A stretch of DNA of 64,000 nucleotides from an uncultured Candidatus Rokubacteria bacterium. GTDB lineage: Bacteria; Methylomirabilota; Methylomirabilia; Rokubacteriales; CSP1-6. Position 1 is the stretch's first letter; the number at the start of each line of letters is the position of its first letter. Where the stretch lies: NCBI GenBank assembly GCA_963827505.1, contig CAWHBD010000001.1:1286663-1350662 (forward strand), read 5' to 3'. Positions 48,815 to 56,970 of this stretch are shown here, piece after piece. The notes under the pieces are model-generated. The model was not told the origin of the DNA, did not search any database, and saw only the letters and a list, made by a program, of their open reading frames with translations. A program made the translations under genes and the position numbers.

Positions 48815-49419
48815 AGATGCCAGGAACAGACGCCGACGTCATCGATGCGCTGGTCGGGATCACGCCGGGGTCTCCCCTGGATGCGATTCGCGCCCGGAGA
48901 CCGGAGGCGCGCGCGCACGCGCAGGCGACGTACCGGGCGCTGTTCGCGCCCGCGACGCCCGGCGGCGTCTCCCCGCCGGAGCGTTTCGCCTTGGGCCAGT
49001 TCGTCGCCGGCCTGCACGGCGCCACGGCGATCGCCACCAGCTATGCCTCGCGCCTCGCCGAGAGCGGAGCCCCGGCGGCTTTGAAGGAAGCCGTCGACGC
49101 GACCATCGCGGAGGCCCGGACCAACGGCCCCTATGGCCGCTACCCGGCGGGGCCGCTCAGCCGCGAAGATGCTGCCGGCTCGAGCTATCGTGTGGGAGCA
49201 GCGAGCCGCCGGGCACTGGGTCCGCGCCTCGCCGCGGCATTCGAGCACGTGCACATGCTCGTCTTCCACCCGCGCGACGCCGCGCCGGCGGCGCTGCAGG
49301 CGCTACTGGACGCCGGCTGGTCCACGACCGACATCGTGACGCTCTCCCAGATCGTCGCTTTCATGTCCTTCCAGATCCGGGTGGTCACTGGATTGCGCGT
49401 CCTGGCCGGCCATTCCTGA
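48811..49419 (+). CDS. CMD (carboxymuconolactone decarboxylase-like) domain protein
   Basis: GTG 48811 forms a GTGA overlap (ATG 48817 is the alternative). The sequence DVIDALVGITPGSPLDAIRARRPEARAHAQ... and C-terminal WSTTDIVTLSQIVAFMSFQIR resemble the Avi_7170-type family from memory. Confidence 0.75.
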   Translation: MKMPGTDADVIDALVGITPGSPLDAIRARRPEARAHAQATYRALFAPATPGGVSPPERFALGQFVAGLHGATAIATSYASRLAESGAPAALKEAVDATIAEARTNGPYGRYPAGPLSREDAAGSSYRVGAASRRALGPRLAAAFEHVHMLVFHPRDAAPAALQALLDAGWSTTDIVTLSQIVAFMSFQIRVVTGLRVLAGHS

Positions 49420-49435
49420 CGAGCGAGGTCCCGAC

Positions 49436-50044
49436 ATGACCGATACCGTCCTGGTGCCTCCGGAACACACGGTTCCGACCGTCTTCACCCGGGCTCAGCT
49501 CGACTGGCTCCCCTGGCTCGAGCCGCTCGCCATCGATGCGATGACCGAGCGCCACCTGGCGAGTCTCGTGGATGCCGCCCGCGTGAAATCGCCCTACTTC
49601 CGCCTCCTCGCCCGGGACCCGGACGCCCTGGAGGCCAGGACGCGGACCGACAAGGACATCTTCTACAACCCCGATGCCGGCCTGCCCCGGGCCGAGCGCG
49701 AGCTGGCCGCCGCCGCGACGTCTCGCTTCAACGGGTGCCTCTACTGCGCCTCCGTGCATGCCCGCCATGCGGCGACCTATTCGAAGCGCGAGGCCGATGT
49801 TCAGCGCCTGCTCGACGCCGGCGTCACCGCCGATCTCGGAGAACGCTGGAATGCCATCGTCGCGGCCTCGGTGGCGCTGACCTCGACACCGAGCGCGTTC
49901 GGGCCGGAGCACGTCGACCGTCTGCGTCGCTCCGGGCTCGACGATCTGGCGATCGCCGACGTCATCCACGCCGCGGCCTTCTTCAACTGGGCCAATCGCC
50001 TGATGCTCTCGCTCGGTGAACCCGCGGCCCCGACCGGATCGTAG
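49436..50044 (+). CDS. Peroxidase-related / alkylhydroperoxidase (AhpD-like) domain protein
   Basis: The CLYC motif occurs in SRFNGCLYCASVHA, with C-terminal FFNWANRLMLSLG. It resembles the Avi_7169-type family from memory. Confidence 0.8.
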   Translation: MTDTVLVPPEHTVPTVFTRAQLDWLPWLEPLAIDAMTERHLASLVDAARVKSPYFRLLARDPDALEARTRTDKDIFYNPDAGLPRAERELAAAATSRFNGCLYCASVHARHAATYSKREADVQRLLDAGVTADLGERWNAIVAASVALTSTPSAFGPEHVDRLRRSGLDDLAIADVIHAAAFFNWANRLMLSLGEPAAPTGS

Positions 50045-50047
50045 ACC

Positions 50048-50458
50048 ATGGCGCACTGGCTCCTGAAGTCCGAGCCTGACGATTGGTCGTGGGCCGAGCA
50101 GGTCGCGAAGGGGCGTGAGGGCGCGGAGTGGACCGGCATCCGCAACCACTCGGCCCAGAACCACCTGCGCGCCATGAAGAAGGGCGAGCAGGCGTTCTTC
50201 TACCACACCGGCAAGGAGCGCGCGATCGTCGGGATCGTCAAGGTGATCGCAGAGGCGCACCCGGATTCGACCGACGCCGCCTGGCGCGCCATCGACGTCG
50301 CCGCGGTGCGGAAGCTGCCGACACCGGTCGGCCTCGACCGAATCAAGGCCGACCAGCGCCTGGCCGGCATGGTATTGGCCAGGCTCCCGCGCCTGTCGGT
50401 CCAGCCAGTGTCGGAGGCCGAGTGGCGGATCATCTGCCAGATTGGCGGACTCGACTGA
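50048..50458 (+). CDS. EVE (PUA-like) domain protein
   Basis: The sequence MAHWLLKSEPDDWSW...WTGIRNHSAQNHLRAMKKGEQAFFYHTG is present. The 136 aa stand-alone form is typical. Confidence 0.85.
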   Translation: MAHWLLKSEPDDWSWAEQVAKGREGAEWTGIRNHSAQNHLRAMKKGEQAFFYHTGKERAIVGIVKVIAEAHPDSTDAAWRAIDVAAVRKLPTPVGLDRIKADQRLAGMVLARLPRLSVQPVSEAEWRIICQIGGLD

Positions 50459-50471
50459 CCGAGCGGCAGCG

Positions 50472-50588
50472 CTACGGTGCGATCGGCGCCGCCATGTCGG
50501 CCTGGATCTCGACCGGGCTGAGCGCCCGGTTGTAGATCCGGATCTCGTCGATCCGGCCCTGGAAGAACTCGCCCCAGATCCCGTTGCT
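50472..50588 (-). pseudogene. Remnant of a LamG/concanavalin-A-like lectin domain gene (C-terminal ~38 codons only)
   Basis: NGIWGEFFQGRIDEIRIYNRALSPVEIQADMAAPIAP-stop matches the usual C-terminal F.G.IDEVRIYNRALS motif. The upstream codons look like non-homologous junk. Confidence 0.5.
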
Positions 50589-50791
50589 CCTGAGCCACGA
50601 CCGGACCATGCGAGTTCCTCGCCGAAGAAGAGTGCGCGCGTCGAGCGTCCGGCGAGAGTGTCTCGCGGTCACGACGTTGTCAACGACAAAGCCCGCACTA
50701 GCTCACATCTGTAAAGACCTCCGACGCTCGACAGGGTAACGTGAGGCTCCGAGGCGGGATCAGCCCGACATCGATCGAGGAGAGGTGCCCC

Positions 50792-51169
50792 GTGTCCATT
50801 GGCCGTGTCCTCGTCGTGGACGACGAACCCCTGGTGCTGAGTACCGTGCGTGACATGCTGCAGTACTTCGGGTATGAAGTCAGCACCGCGGCGAGCGCCG
50901 AGGAGGCCTTTGCCTCCATGAACGCCGGCCGGTCTCAGATCGTGTTGCTCGATCTACACTTGCGGGGAACCTCCGGGCTGGAGGGGCTGACATCGCTCCG
51001 CGAGCTCTATCCGACGGTGCCGGTGATCGTCGCGACCGGGGACATCGGGCACCGATTGGCACGCGAGGCCCGCGACAGTGGGGCATTCGAGGTCATCAGC
51101 AAGCCGTTCAACCTGACCATCCTCAGAAGCCTGCTGGCGCGGGCGATGACGCTGGCACCGCCTCAGTGA
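50792..51169 (+). CDS. Single-domain response regulator (CheY-like receiver)
   Basis: GTG 50792 follows GAGGAGAGG. The acidic pocket is VVDDE, the phospho-acceptor context is VLLDLHL, and the T of ATG and the K of SKPF are present. Confidence 0.85.
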   Translation: MSIGRVLVVDDEPLVLSTVRDMLQYFGYEVSTAASAEEAFASMNAGRSQIVLLDLHLRGTSGLEGLTSLRELYPTVPVIVATGDIGHRLAREARDSGAFEVISKPFNLTILRSLLARAMTLAPPQ

Positions 51170-51250
51170 CCGGACTGCGCGGCCCCCTTCCCGCAGCACC
51201 GCCCTCGGCCCCTGCCCCCAGCGCGCGCCCCTTCGGGCTCCCATGAGGGC

Positions 51251-51769
51251 ATGTTGATTGCTGCTCCAGGTAACGTGCTCATCTCTCGATGCGCCTGGCA
51301 CGACCGGAACTATGGCCACGCGAAGCTGCTTGGCGTGAGCACGTGGCGCGGACGGGGCATCGCGTTCACCAACGGTCTCTGTTCGAGGTGCGCCGCGCGC
51401 ATAAACCCGGCCGTCCCTCCACAGGTCATCCGCGGAGTGACCAAACGCGGCTGCCCGGCCACTGTCGCCGGCTTGTCCGCCGTCATGATGGCACTGATGC
51501 AGGGTGGTGGGCTCGCGCCCCATGTCCCATCTCGTGAACTTCGATCGCACCATGCGGCGTCGCTTCCACGCGAATTTACGTCGCCGCCCCGCGAACTGGC
51601 GTCGCCCCCCAAGAGGGCACCGCTACGGACGCCCGGCACGCCGCCTCGACCCGTCCGCATGGCCCAGGCCCACTCGAGGCCCCCAGCGTCAGCTACCCGC
51701 ATCTCCCTCCCACGTACCGTTTCTTTCACGGAGTCTTCTACAGGGCGGCGCTCGCACCAGTCGCCCTAG
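51251..51769 (+). CDS. Hypothetical protein with an N-terminal Cys/His zinc-knuckle-like motif and a Pro-rich tail
   Basis: The sequence ISRCAWHDRNYG...FTNGLCSRCAAR resembles the CAWC...HGICxxC small-protein motif. The tail has an imperfect repeat REFTSPP/RELASPP. Third-position GC is visibly weaker than in neighbours, so coding status is uncertain. Confidence 0.45.
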   Translation: MLIAAPGNVLISRCAWHDRNYGHAKLLGVSTWRGRGIAFTNGLCSRCAARINPAVPPQVIRGVTKRGCPATVAGLSAVMMALMQGGGLAPHVPSRELRSHHAASLPREFTSPPRELASPPKRAPLRTPGTPPRPVRMAQAHSRPPASATRISLPRTVSFTESSTGRRSHQSP

Positions 51770-51952
51770 GCCCAAGGCGGGAACCCGTGTGACGTCCGCT
51801 GTCCTCAGATGTGCAACGAAGTACCAGGGTTAGGACCACCACGCACTACAGTGGCGACGACCCGCACCAGCAGTATTACGCTGGACCAAGTCAATGGCGT
51901 GTTTATTGAAGCGCCTACCCCACGGAGCGGACATGCATTCCGAACAGCGCGC

Positions 51953-52435
51953 ATGACACCGGCCCCTCGCCCGGACGGCGGCGACCCTGAGCAGACGGCG
52001 CTCCCTCGCCGCGGGCGGCGTCCGTCATCAACGCGACGCCCCACGATCCTGATCGCCGACGATACAACCGACACCCGCGAGCTCTATGCCGAGTACTTTG
52101 GCGGCCGAGGCTTCACGGTGGTCACCGCCGCCGACGGCACTCTGGCCATTCAGGCCGCGCTGGACCATCAGCCCGACGTGATTGTGATGGACCTGGCCAT
52201 GCCGCACATCGATGGCATCACGGCCACCCGGCTGATCAAGGCCGACGCCCGGACGCTACAGAGTCGCGTGATTCTTCTCACCGGGTACACGGGCATGGCC
52301 GTCGAGCGAGACCCGCTGGGTGCGGGCGCGGACCTGGTCGTGACCAAGCCGTGCCTTCCCGACCATCTGGAGCGCCACGTGAACCGACTGCGACGACGTC
52401 GAGCCGCGCCACACCGCGGAAGCCGGCTGCCATGA
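51953..52435 (+). CDS. Response regulator receiver protein with a basic N-terminal extension
   Basis: The sequence ILIADDTTDTRELYAEYF...VIVMDLAMPHIDG...LLTGY...VTKP is present. The ATG 51953 choice is tentative. Confidence 0.8.
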   Translation: MTPAPRPDGGDPEQTALPRRGRRPSSTRRPTILIADDTTDTRELYAEYFGGRGFTVVTAADGTLAIQAALDHQPDVIVMDLAMPHIDGITATRLIKADARTLQSRVILLTGYTGMAVERDPLGAGADLVVTKPCLPDHLERHVNRLRRRRAAPHRGSRLP

Positions 52436-52821
52436 GCCCGCTGGCGCAGCAAATCGCTCACGCCGTTCGCCAGAACGCTCCGCACGTGTACTGCTTCGCC
52501 TGCCTGGCGACGCAGCAGGCGGTGAACGAGCATGACATCCGCGCGGTCGCACTGGTCCTGGTTGCGCGCGCCGGCCTCCGACTGGAGCATCACGTGTGTC
52601 TCCGATGCCAGTGCTCAGGCGAAGTGCTTCTTGCTCAGCCGGCGGCGCCGACCCTATCAGCGAGCCCCGGTAGACCGCGACGGTGGCGTCAGGCGCGCGC
52701 GGACCACCCCTCGGGGGGATCGCAGGCCACGGTGCCCATGTCCGCCGGAACGGACAGCTCCAGGAGCTCCAGGTCTGCTGACGCCCCGGTCTCGTTGTGC
52801 CGCAAGCCGCCCGGAATGTAG
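52432..52821 (+). CDS. Possible small zinc-ribbon protein translationally coupled to the response regulator, 3' end doubtful
   Basis: There is an ATGA overlap with the RR stop. The sequence MSPLAQQIAHAVRQNAPHVYCFACLATQQ...HHVCLRCQCSG contains CxxC...CxxC. Beyond about 52640 the ORF runs antisense to the cupin gene. The real end may lie earlier. Confidence 0.35.
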   Translation: MSPLAQQIAHAVRQNAPHVYCFACLATQQAVNEHDIRAVALVLVARAGLRLEHHVCLRCQCSGEVLLAQPAAPTLSASPGRPRRWRQARADHPSGGSQATVPMSAGTDSSRSSRSADAPVSLCRKPPGM

Positions 52822-53138
52822 AGCGACTCGCCCGACTGGATGCGCAGCTTCTGGCCGTCCTCGAACTCCAGGTCAACCCATCCACTGAGCATGTACACGA
52901 ACTGACCCTCGCAGACGTGGTAGTGCCACCCCGTCGGCTGCGTCATCCCCTCGGCCCCGATGGTGACCTGCGCGCGGATCTTCCCGCTGCTCGCAGCCGT
53001 GACGCCGAGGTCGCGGTATTTGAAGAAGGAGCGCCGGCCCGCCACGAGGGGGGCGGTGATCGGCGTCGCGTACGCCAGCTTGCCCGGGGGGCTCACGGCC
53101 GCCGGCTGTCCGATTGGCTTGCTCGCATCGTTCATCAT
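52689..53138 (-). CDS. Cupin domain protein (cytoplasmic)
   Basis: ATG 53138 follows GAGGAGGCC. Cupin motif 1 is GWHYHVCEGQFVYMLSG and motif 2 is GESLYIPGGLRHNE. Confidence 0.8.
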   Translation of the reverse strand: MMNDASKPIGQPAAVSPPGKLAYATPITAPLVAGRRSFFKYRDLGVTAASSGKIRAQVTIGAEGMTQPTGWHYHVCEGQFVYMLSGWVDLEFEDGQKLRIQSGESLYIPGGLRHNETGASADLELLELSVPADMGTVACDPPEGWSARA

Positions 53139-53189
53139 GGAGGCCTCCTCTGAGTTCGTATCGGTGATACTACCCGATTGGGAGGGCCT

Positions 53190-55235
53190 ATGCGGGCGTG
53201 GACCGTGGACGCCGACGACATCCGGGTTGCCGAGGACCTCGACGAGGCCCTGCTGCACCGCACACCCGAGATCGACAGCTTCCTGAGCCTGGACCGTGAC
53301 GACAAGTTCATCGTCATCGGCACGAAGGGCTTCGGGAAGACGCTGCTCCTCAAGGCCAAGCGAATCCTCTACCAGCGCAAGACGCGGTCGGTCTGTCTGC
53401 CCGCCAGCAACCTGCTCGACAAGCCGATCGGTGACAAGATCTTCAGCAAGGATGCCCTGGCGTTCTTCGCGGAGTCCTCGCTGCCGTGGTCGAAGCTCTG
53501 GCTGACCGCGATCGCGCTCACGACGCTGAAGCACGTGGGCCAGACCGACGACCTGAAGGTGAACCCGCGGCTCGGGCGCCTGCTCGCTGACGCGCCGCTC
53601 CGCGGCGTCATCGACCATTTCGTCCGTCTGCTCGACTTCGCTCCCAGCGAGCTCCTGCGCACCGCCAACGACACCGATGGCCACCTGGTTCCGCGGCTGC
53701 GCGCGATCAAGACGCCGGTGGCCATCTTCATCGACGGCGTCGACGAGTACTTCAACAAGCACATCGAGGCGGTGCGCAACCGGGCCAGCGTGGCGGGGGA
53801 GCTATCACCTGACATCTGGCATTTCGCCCAGCTGGGCCTCGTCGAGGTCGCCTACCAGCTCCGGCGGATCAACCATCACCTGAAGGTCTTCGCGGCGGTG
53901 CGCAAGGAGGCGTACGCACGACTGCTGCAGAGCACGGTGATGAGCCAGCAGTATCGCGGCAGCGCCGTCGACATCGTCTACCCGATCGACAGCCTGCGCG
54001 AGATCTTCGTCAACAACATCCGCCTGGAGAAGGCCGACCGGATGGTCCGTCCCGAGCGCCTGCGCGATGACCCCATCGAGGCGTTCCTGGGTCGGACGAC
54101 GGTGACCCATGTCTACACCGGCCTCGAGGAAGACGCCTTCGACTATGTGTGCCGGCACACGCTGCTCCGCCCGCGCGACCTCATGACGCTGGGCCAGCGG
54201 CTGGCCGCCCTGCGCCCGGACGAGCGGCGCAACGAGCCGCGCCTGAAAGAGGTCGTGAACCAGGCCGCCACCGAGATCGCCCAGGAGTACCTCGTCGAGA
54301 TCGCGCCCTATGTGGTCGGCCTCGACCTGCCCCAGTTCCTCCGCCGCCTCCCCGGCCACATCCTGACCCGCCACGAGGTCGAGACGCTGTTCGACGCCCA
54401 CACCTCGACGACGGGCGCCGTGGAGCCGCAGCACGTCTTCTGCGCGCTCTACCGGGTCGGCTTGCTCGGGTACCCGCTGCCCGACCGGGTGCGCGGCGAG
54501 ACGGTGCAGCGCTTCCTGCGACCCGGCGAGGGGACGCTCGAGCCGGACGGCGTGCTGCCGCGGGCGACGCACTACGTCGTGCACCCGGTGCTCTCGGATG
54601 TCATCGGCCAGGTCAACCCCGCCTACCTGGGCAGAATCGACCGGACGAACATCGTCGGCTATGGCCGACCCTGGCAGGCAACGCGACGCGCCGAGCCTGG
54701 CGCCACACTGCGGATGCTCTGCGTGCTCGTGGCCGACGTCCAGGGCTTCGGCGGCCTCATGCGGGCCGGCGCCGATGCCCCCGTCCGCCGCGCGCTCGAG
54801 GAGGCGGTGCGGAGATCGGCCAAGGACGCCGTCTGCGCCGAGACTGGCGGCGGTGACGCCGTGTTCGTCGTCCACGACGACCCGGTCGCGCTGGCCCGGA
54901 GCGCACGCCATCTCGTGGACGAGGTCTACGGTGCGCCCGGGCAGCCCCGCCTGCGGGTGGCCCTGCACCACGGCGAGGTCCTGACCCGCCGGCGCGAGAG
55001 CGACGACACCATCGCGGTGGCCGGCGGCGAGGCCGTGCTCTGCGCGGTGCGCGTCGAGCCCCACGTGGAGCCTGGTCAGATCTGGGTGACCGAGGCGTTC
55101 CGCGACCAGCTGGCGCGCCAGCCGTCCCTGTGGCGCACCTCACCGGTGGTACTACCCGGTGGCGACGGGCGCTTGAATGCCAGGAAGGGCGACGAGCCCG
55201 ACCTGTGGGTCCGGCTGTATCGCCTCGAGTTCTGA
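53190..55235 (+). CDS. P-loop NTPase fused to a C-terminal class-III-nucleotide-cyclase-like domain (681 aa)
   Basis: ATG 53190 follows GGGAGGG. Walker A is GTKGFGKT (53319-53342) and the Walker B-like motif is VAIFIDGVDE (53718-53747). The C-terminal ~175 aa (about 54702-55232) carry the CHD motif order VLVADVQGFGG / GGGDAVFVV / LRVALHHGEV / GGEAVLCAVRVE. A strong hairpin follows directly. Confidence 0.8.
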   Translation: MRAWTVDADDIRVAEDLDEALLHRTPEIDSFLSLDRDDKFIVIGTKGFGKTLLLKAKRILYQRKTRSVCLPASNLLDKPIGDKIFSKDALAFFAESSLPWSKLWLTAIALTTLKHVGQTDDLKVNPRLGRLLADAPLRGVIDHFVRLLDFAPSELLRTANDTDGHLVPRLRAIKTPVAIFIDGVDEYFNKHIEAVRNRASVAGELSPDIWHFAQLGLVEVAYQLRRINHHLKVFAAVRKEAYARLLQSTVMSQQYRGSAVDIVYPIDSLREIFVNNIRLEKADRMVRPERLRDDPIEAFLGRTTVTHVYTGLEEDAFDYVCRHTLLRPRDLMTLGQRLAALRPDERRNEPRLKEVVNQAATEIAQEYLVEIAPYVVGLDLPQFLRRLPGHILTRHEVETLFDAHTSTTGAVEPQHVFCALYRVGLLGYPLPDRVRGETVQRFLRPGEGTLEPDGVLPRATHYVVHPVLSDVIGQVNPAYLGRIDRTNIVGYGRPWQATRRAEPGATLRMLCVLVADVQGFGGLMRAGADAPVRRALEEAVRRSAKDAVCAETGGGDAVFVVHDDPVALARSARHLVDEVYGAPGQPRLRVALHHGEVLTRRRESDDTIAVAGGEAVLCAVRVEPHVEPGQIWVTEAFRDQLARQPSLWRTSPVVLPGGDGRLNARKGDEPDLWVRLYRLEF

Positions 55236-55248
55236 TCGATGCGGATGA

Positions 55249-55277
55249 GACCGAGGGCGGCCGGGCCGCCCTCGGTC
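55249..55277. terminator. Bidirectional GC-rich hairpin between convergent genes
   Basis: GACCGAGGGCGGCC-g-GGCCGCCCTCGGTC has 14-nt complementary arms. It lies between the stops at 55235 (+) and 55285 (-). Confidence 0.55.
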
Positions 55278-55284
55278 CTCTGCG

Positions 55285-55785
55285 TTATTTCTTGCGCGGG
55301 TCGTCGGCGGGATTGACGTACATCACGTCGAAGGGGCCGGTGCCGTTGATCTGCACGACCGACTCCGCCTCGGCGAGAGCGTAGTGTGGCATGCCGGCCG
55401 GCAGGTGGACGAAGCTCGCCGCCGGCAGCGGCTGCAGCGCTGCCCGGTCGATTTTTTCGCCGGACGTGACCGCGAACGCCCCCGAGATGACGGTGACCAG
55501 CTCGTCCTTCGAGTGGCGATGCGGCGGCACGATGAAGCCGGCGGGGAACCGGAGACGGAGGACGAACGGCCCTTCCTTCGCCGGGTTACCCATCAGGATG
55601 GCAGCCTGGGCGCCCGGTGGCAGCGACGGCGGGGCCGCGCCCCACTGGATCGCGTCCGCTCGAACCACGGTGTGGTGCATCTCGGCGGCATCCAGCGGCG
55701 CTGCCGTCGTGCCGAACGCGGCGACGAGGCCGAGGGACAGGGCGATCAGACGACTCGCGGCATTCCAGGACATCGCGTGCTTCAT
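55285..55785 (-). CDS. Secreted cupin domain protein
   Basis: ATG 55785 follows GGAAAGGA. The signal peptide is MKHAMSWNAASRLIALSLGLVAAFGTTAAP. The cupin core is PPHRHSKDELVTVISG...HLPAGMPH. Confidence 0.75.
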   Translation of the reverse strand: MKHAMSWNAASRLIALSLGLVAAFGTTAAPLDAAEMHHTVVRADAIQWGAAPPSLPPGAQAAILMGNPAKEGPFVLRLRFPAGFIVPPHRHSKDELVTVISGAFAVTSGEKIDRAALQPLPAASFVHLPAGMPHYALAEAESVVQINGTGPFDVMYVNPADDPRKK

Positions 55786-55826
55786 GGCTCGGTCCTTTCC
55801 TGTGTGGGTGGTGTGCAACACGAGGG

Positions 55827-56681
55827 TCACTCCCGCACGATCACGATCTGGAGGTACTCGCTCGGCACGACCATGCTCCCGTCCGTCGCGCGGTTGCCCT
55901 CGTGGGCCAGGGCCAGGAGATCGCGCTCCAGTCCCGCCTGGGCCGTCGGGGCAAGCGCGGCGAAGGCCTTGAGCACCGGGCCGTAGTAGGTCCGGAAGAC
56001 CTCCAGCCAGTGCTCGGGCGAGCGATAGCGGAAGACGAAGCTCCGCGGTGCCGTCGCGATCGAGCGCGCGTGCGGCTCGAACAGCTCGACGATCCGCGCC
56101 TGGCTGCCCCAGAGGGCCGGCGACTTGACCCCCGCCGGCGGCGGAACGTGCTTGCCGACGGTCTTGAAGACCCGCCCGATGAAGCCCTCGGGGGTCCAGT
56201 TGGCCAGGCCGATCTTGCCGCCGGGCTTGCAGACGCGGAGCATCTCGGCCGCGGCCCGCGCCTGGTCCGGGGCGAACATGACCCCGAACGTCGAGACGAC
56301 CACGTCGAACGACCCGTCCGCGAACGGCAACGCCTCCACGTCGGCCTCGCGGAACTCGATGGCGAGCCGCTCGGCCACGGCGCGCTCACGGGCGCGCTCG
56401 AGCAGCGCGGGCACATAGTCCGTGGCGACGACCTCGCACCAGCGCCGGGCGGCGGCCAGCGAGGCATTGCCGTTGCCGGCGGCGACGTCGAGCACCTTCT
56501 GTCCGGCCCGGACATCCAGGGCAAGCGACTCGCACAGCTCCTCGCCCACGATCTGCAGCGTGGTTCCGATGACGGCGTAGTCCCCCGACGACCACGCGAC
56601 CCGCTGGCGGGCCTTGACCGTCTCGAGATCGGGCTGGCCAGCCTCACAGCTGATACCACTCGCGGCAACGGCGGTCTCCAT
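55827..56681 (-). CDS. Class I SAM-dependent methyltransferase
   Basis: The SAM motif is VLDVAAGNGN, with FDVVVSTFGVMF and LRVCKPGGKIGL. The product is 284 aa. Confidence 0.85.
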   Translation of the reverse strand: METAVAASGISCEAGQPDLETVKARQRVAWSSGDYAVIGTTLQIVGEELCESLALDVRAGQKVLDVAAGNGNASLAAARRWCEVVATDYVPALLERARERAVAERLAIEFREADVEALPFADGSFDVVVSTFGVMFAPDQARAAAEMLRVCKPGGKIGLANWTPEGFIGRVFKTVGKHVPPPAGVKSPALWGSQARIVELFEPHARSIATAPRSFVFRYRSPEHWLEVFRTYYGPVLKAFAALAPTAQAGLERDLLALAHEGNRATDGSMVVPSEYLQIVIVRE

Positions 56682-56852
56682 GGCTCCCCTTCCTCCTGGC
56701 GGCTTGGCCCCGCGACGTCCCGCGTCGCCTCACCGACACGCCGATGCTGCGCTCCGACCGTGGGAGCCAGCGTGGGAACGGCCGTGGAATCGCCACCGGT
56801 CGGCAGCTCCCGGTCAGCCGATGCTCGGCGCATGGCGGACCGGCCACCGGAC

Positions 56853-56861
56853 TGGCATAAT
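56853..56861 (+). promoter_or_regulatory. Possible extended -10 element TGGCATAAT upstream of the SARP-type regulator
   Basis: This is a pattern match only. It lies 20-110 nt upstream of the candidate starts. Confidence 0.25.
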
Positions 56862-56970
56862 CAGTCGCATTCGTGGCCATTTGCGTGTGCGGCCTGGATC
56901 GCGACTGAAGCGGCCGGACGGAGGGCCGCCGGCGGCAGCTCGCGCGTCGGACGGCGAGCCGTCGACCCAG

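Noticed and set aside
46034-50458. Functional linkage of the EVE gene with the 5-formyl-THF cyclo-ligase gene (a known neighbourhood in some proteobacteria).
   Set aside because: The two genes are 3.3 kb apart here, separated by four unrelated genes and a strand switch. No zapA or 6S RNA-like element was recognised between them.
52689-55785. The two cupin genes flanking the NTPase-cyclase as cNMP-binding effectors of a Pycsar-like system.
   Set aside because: Both carry canonical metal-cupin motifs (GxxxxHxHxxxE and PxGxxHxxxN-like) rather than cNMP-binding PBC motifs. One is divergently transcribed and the other is convergent and secreted. There is no sequence support for an effector role.
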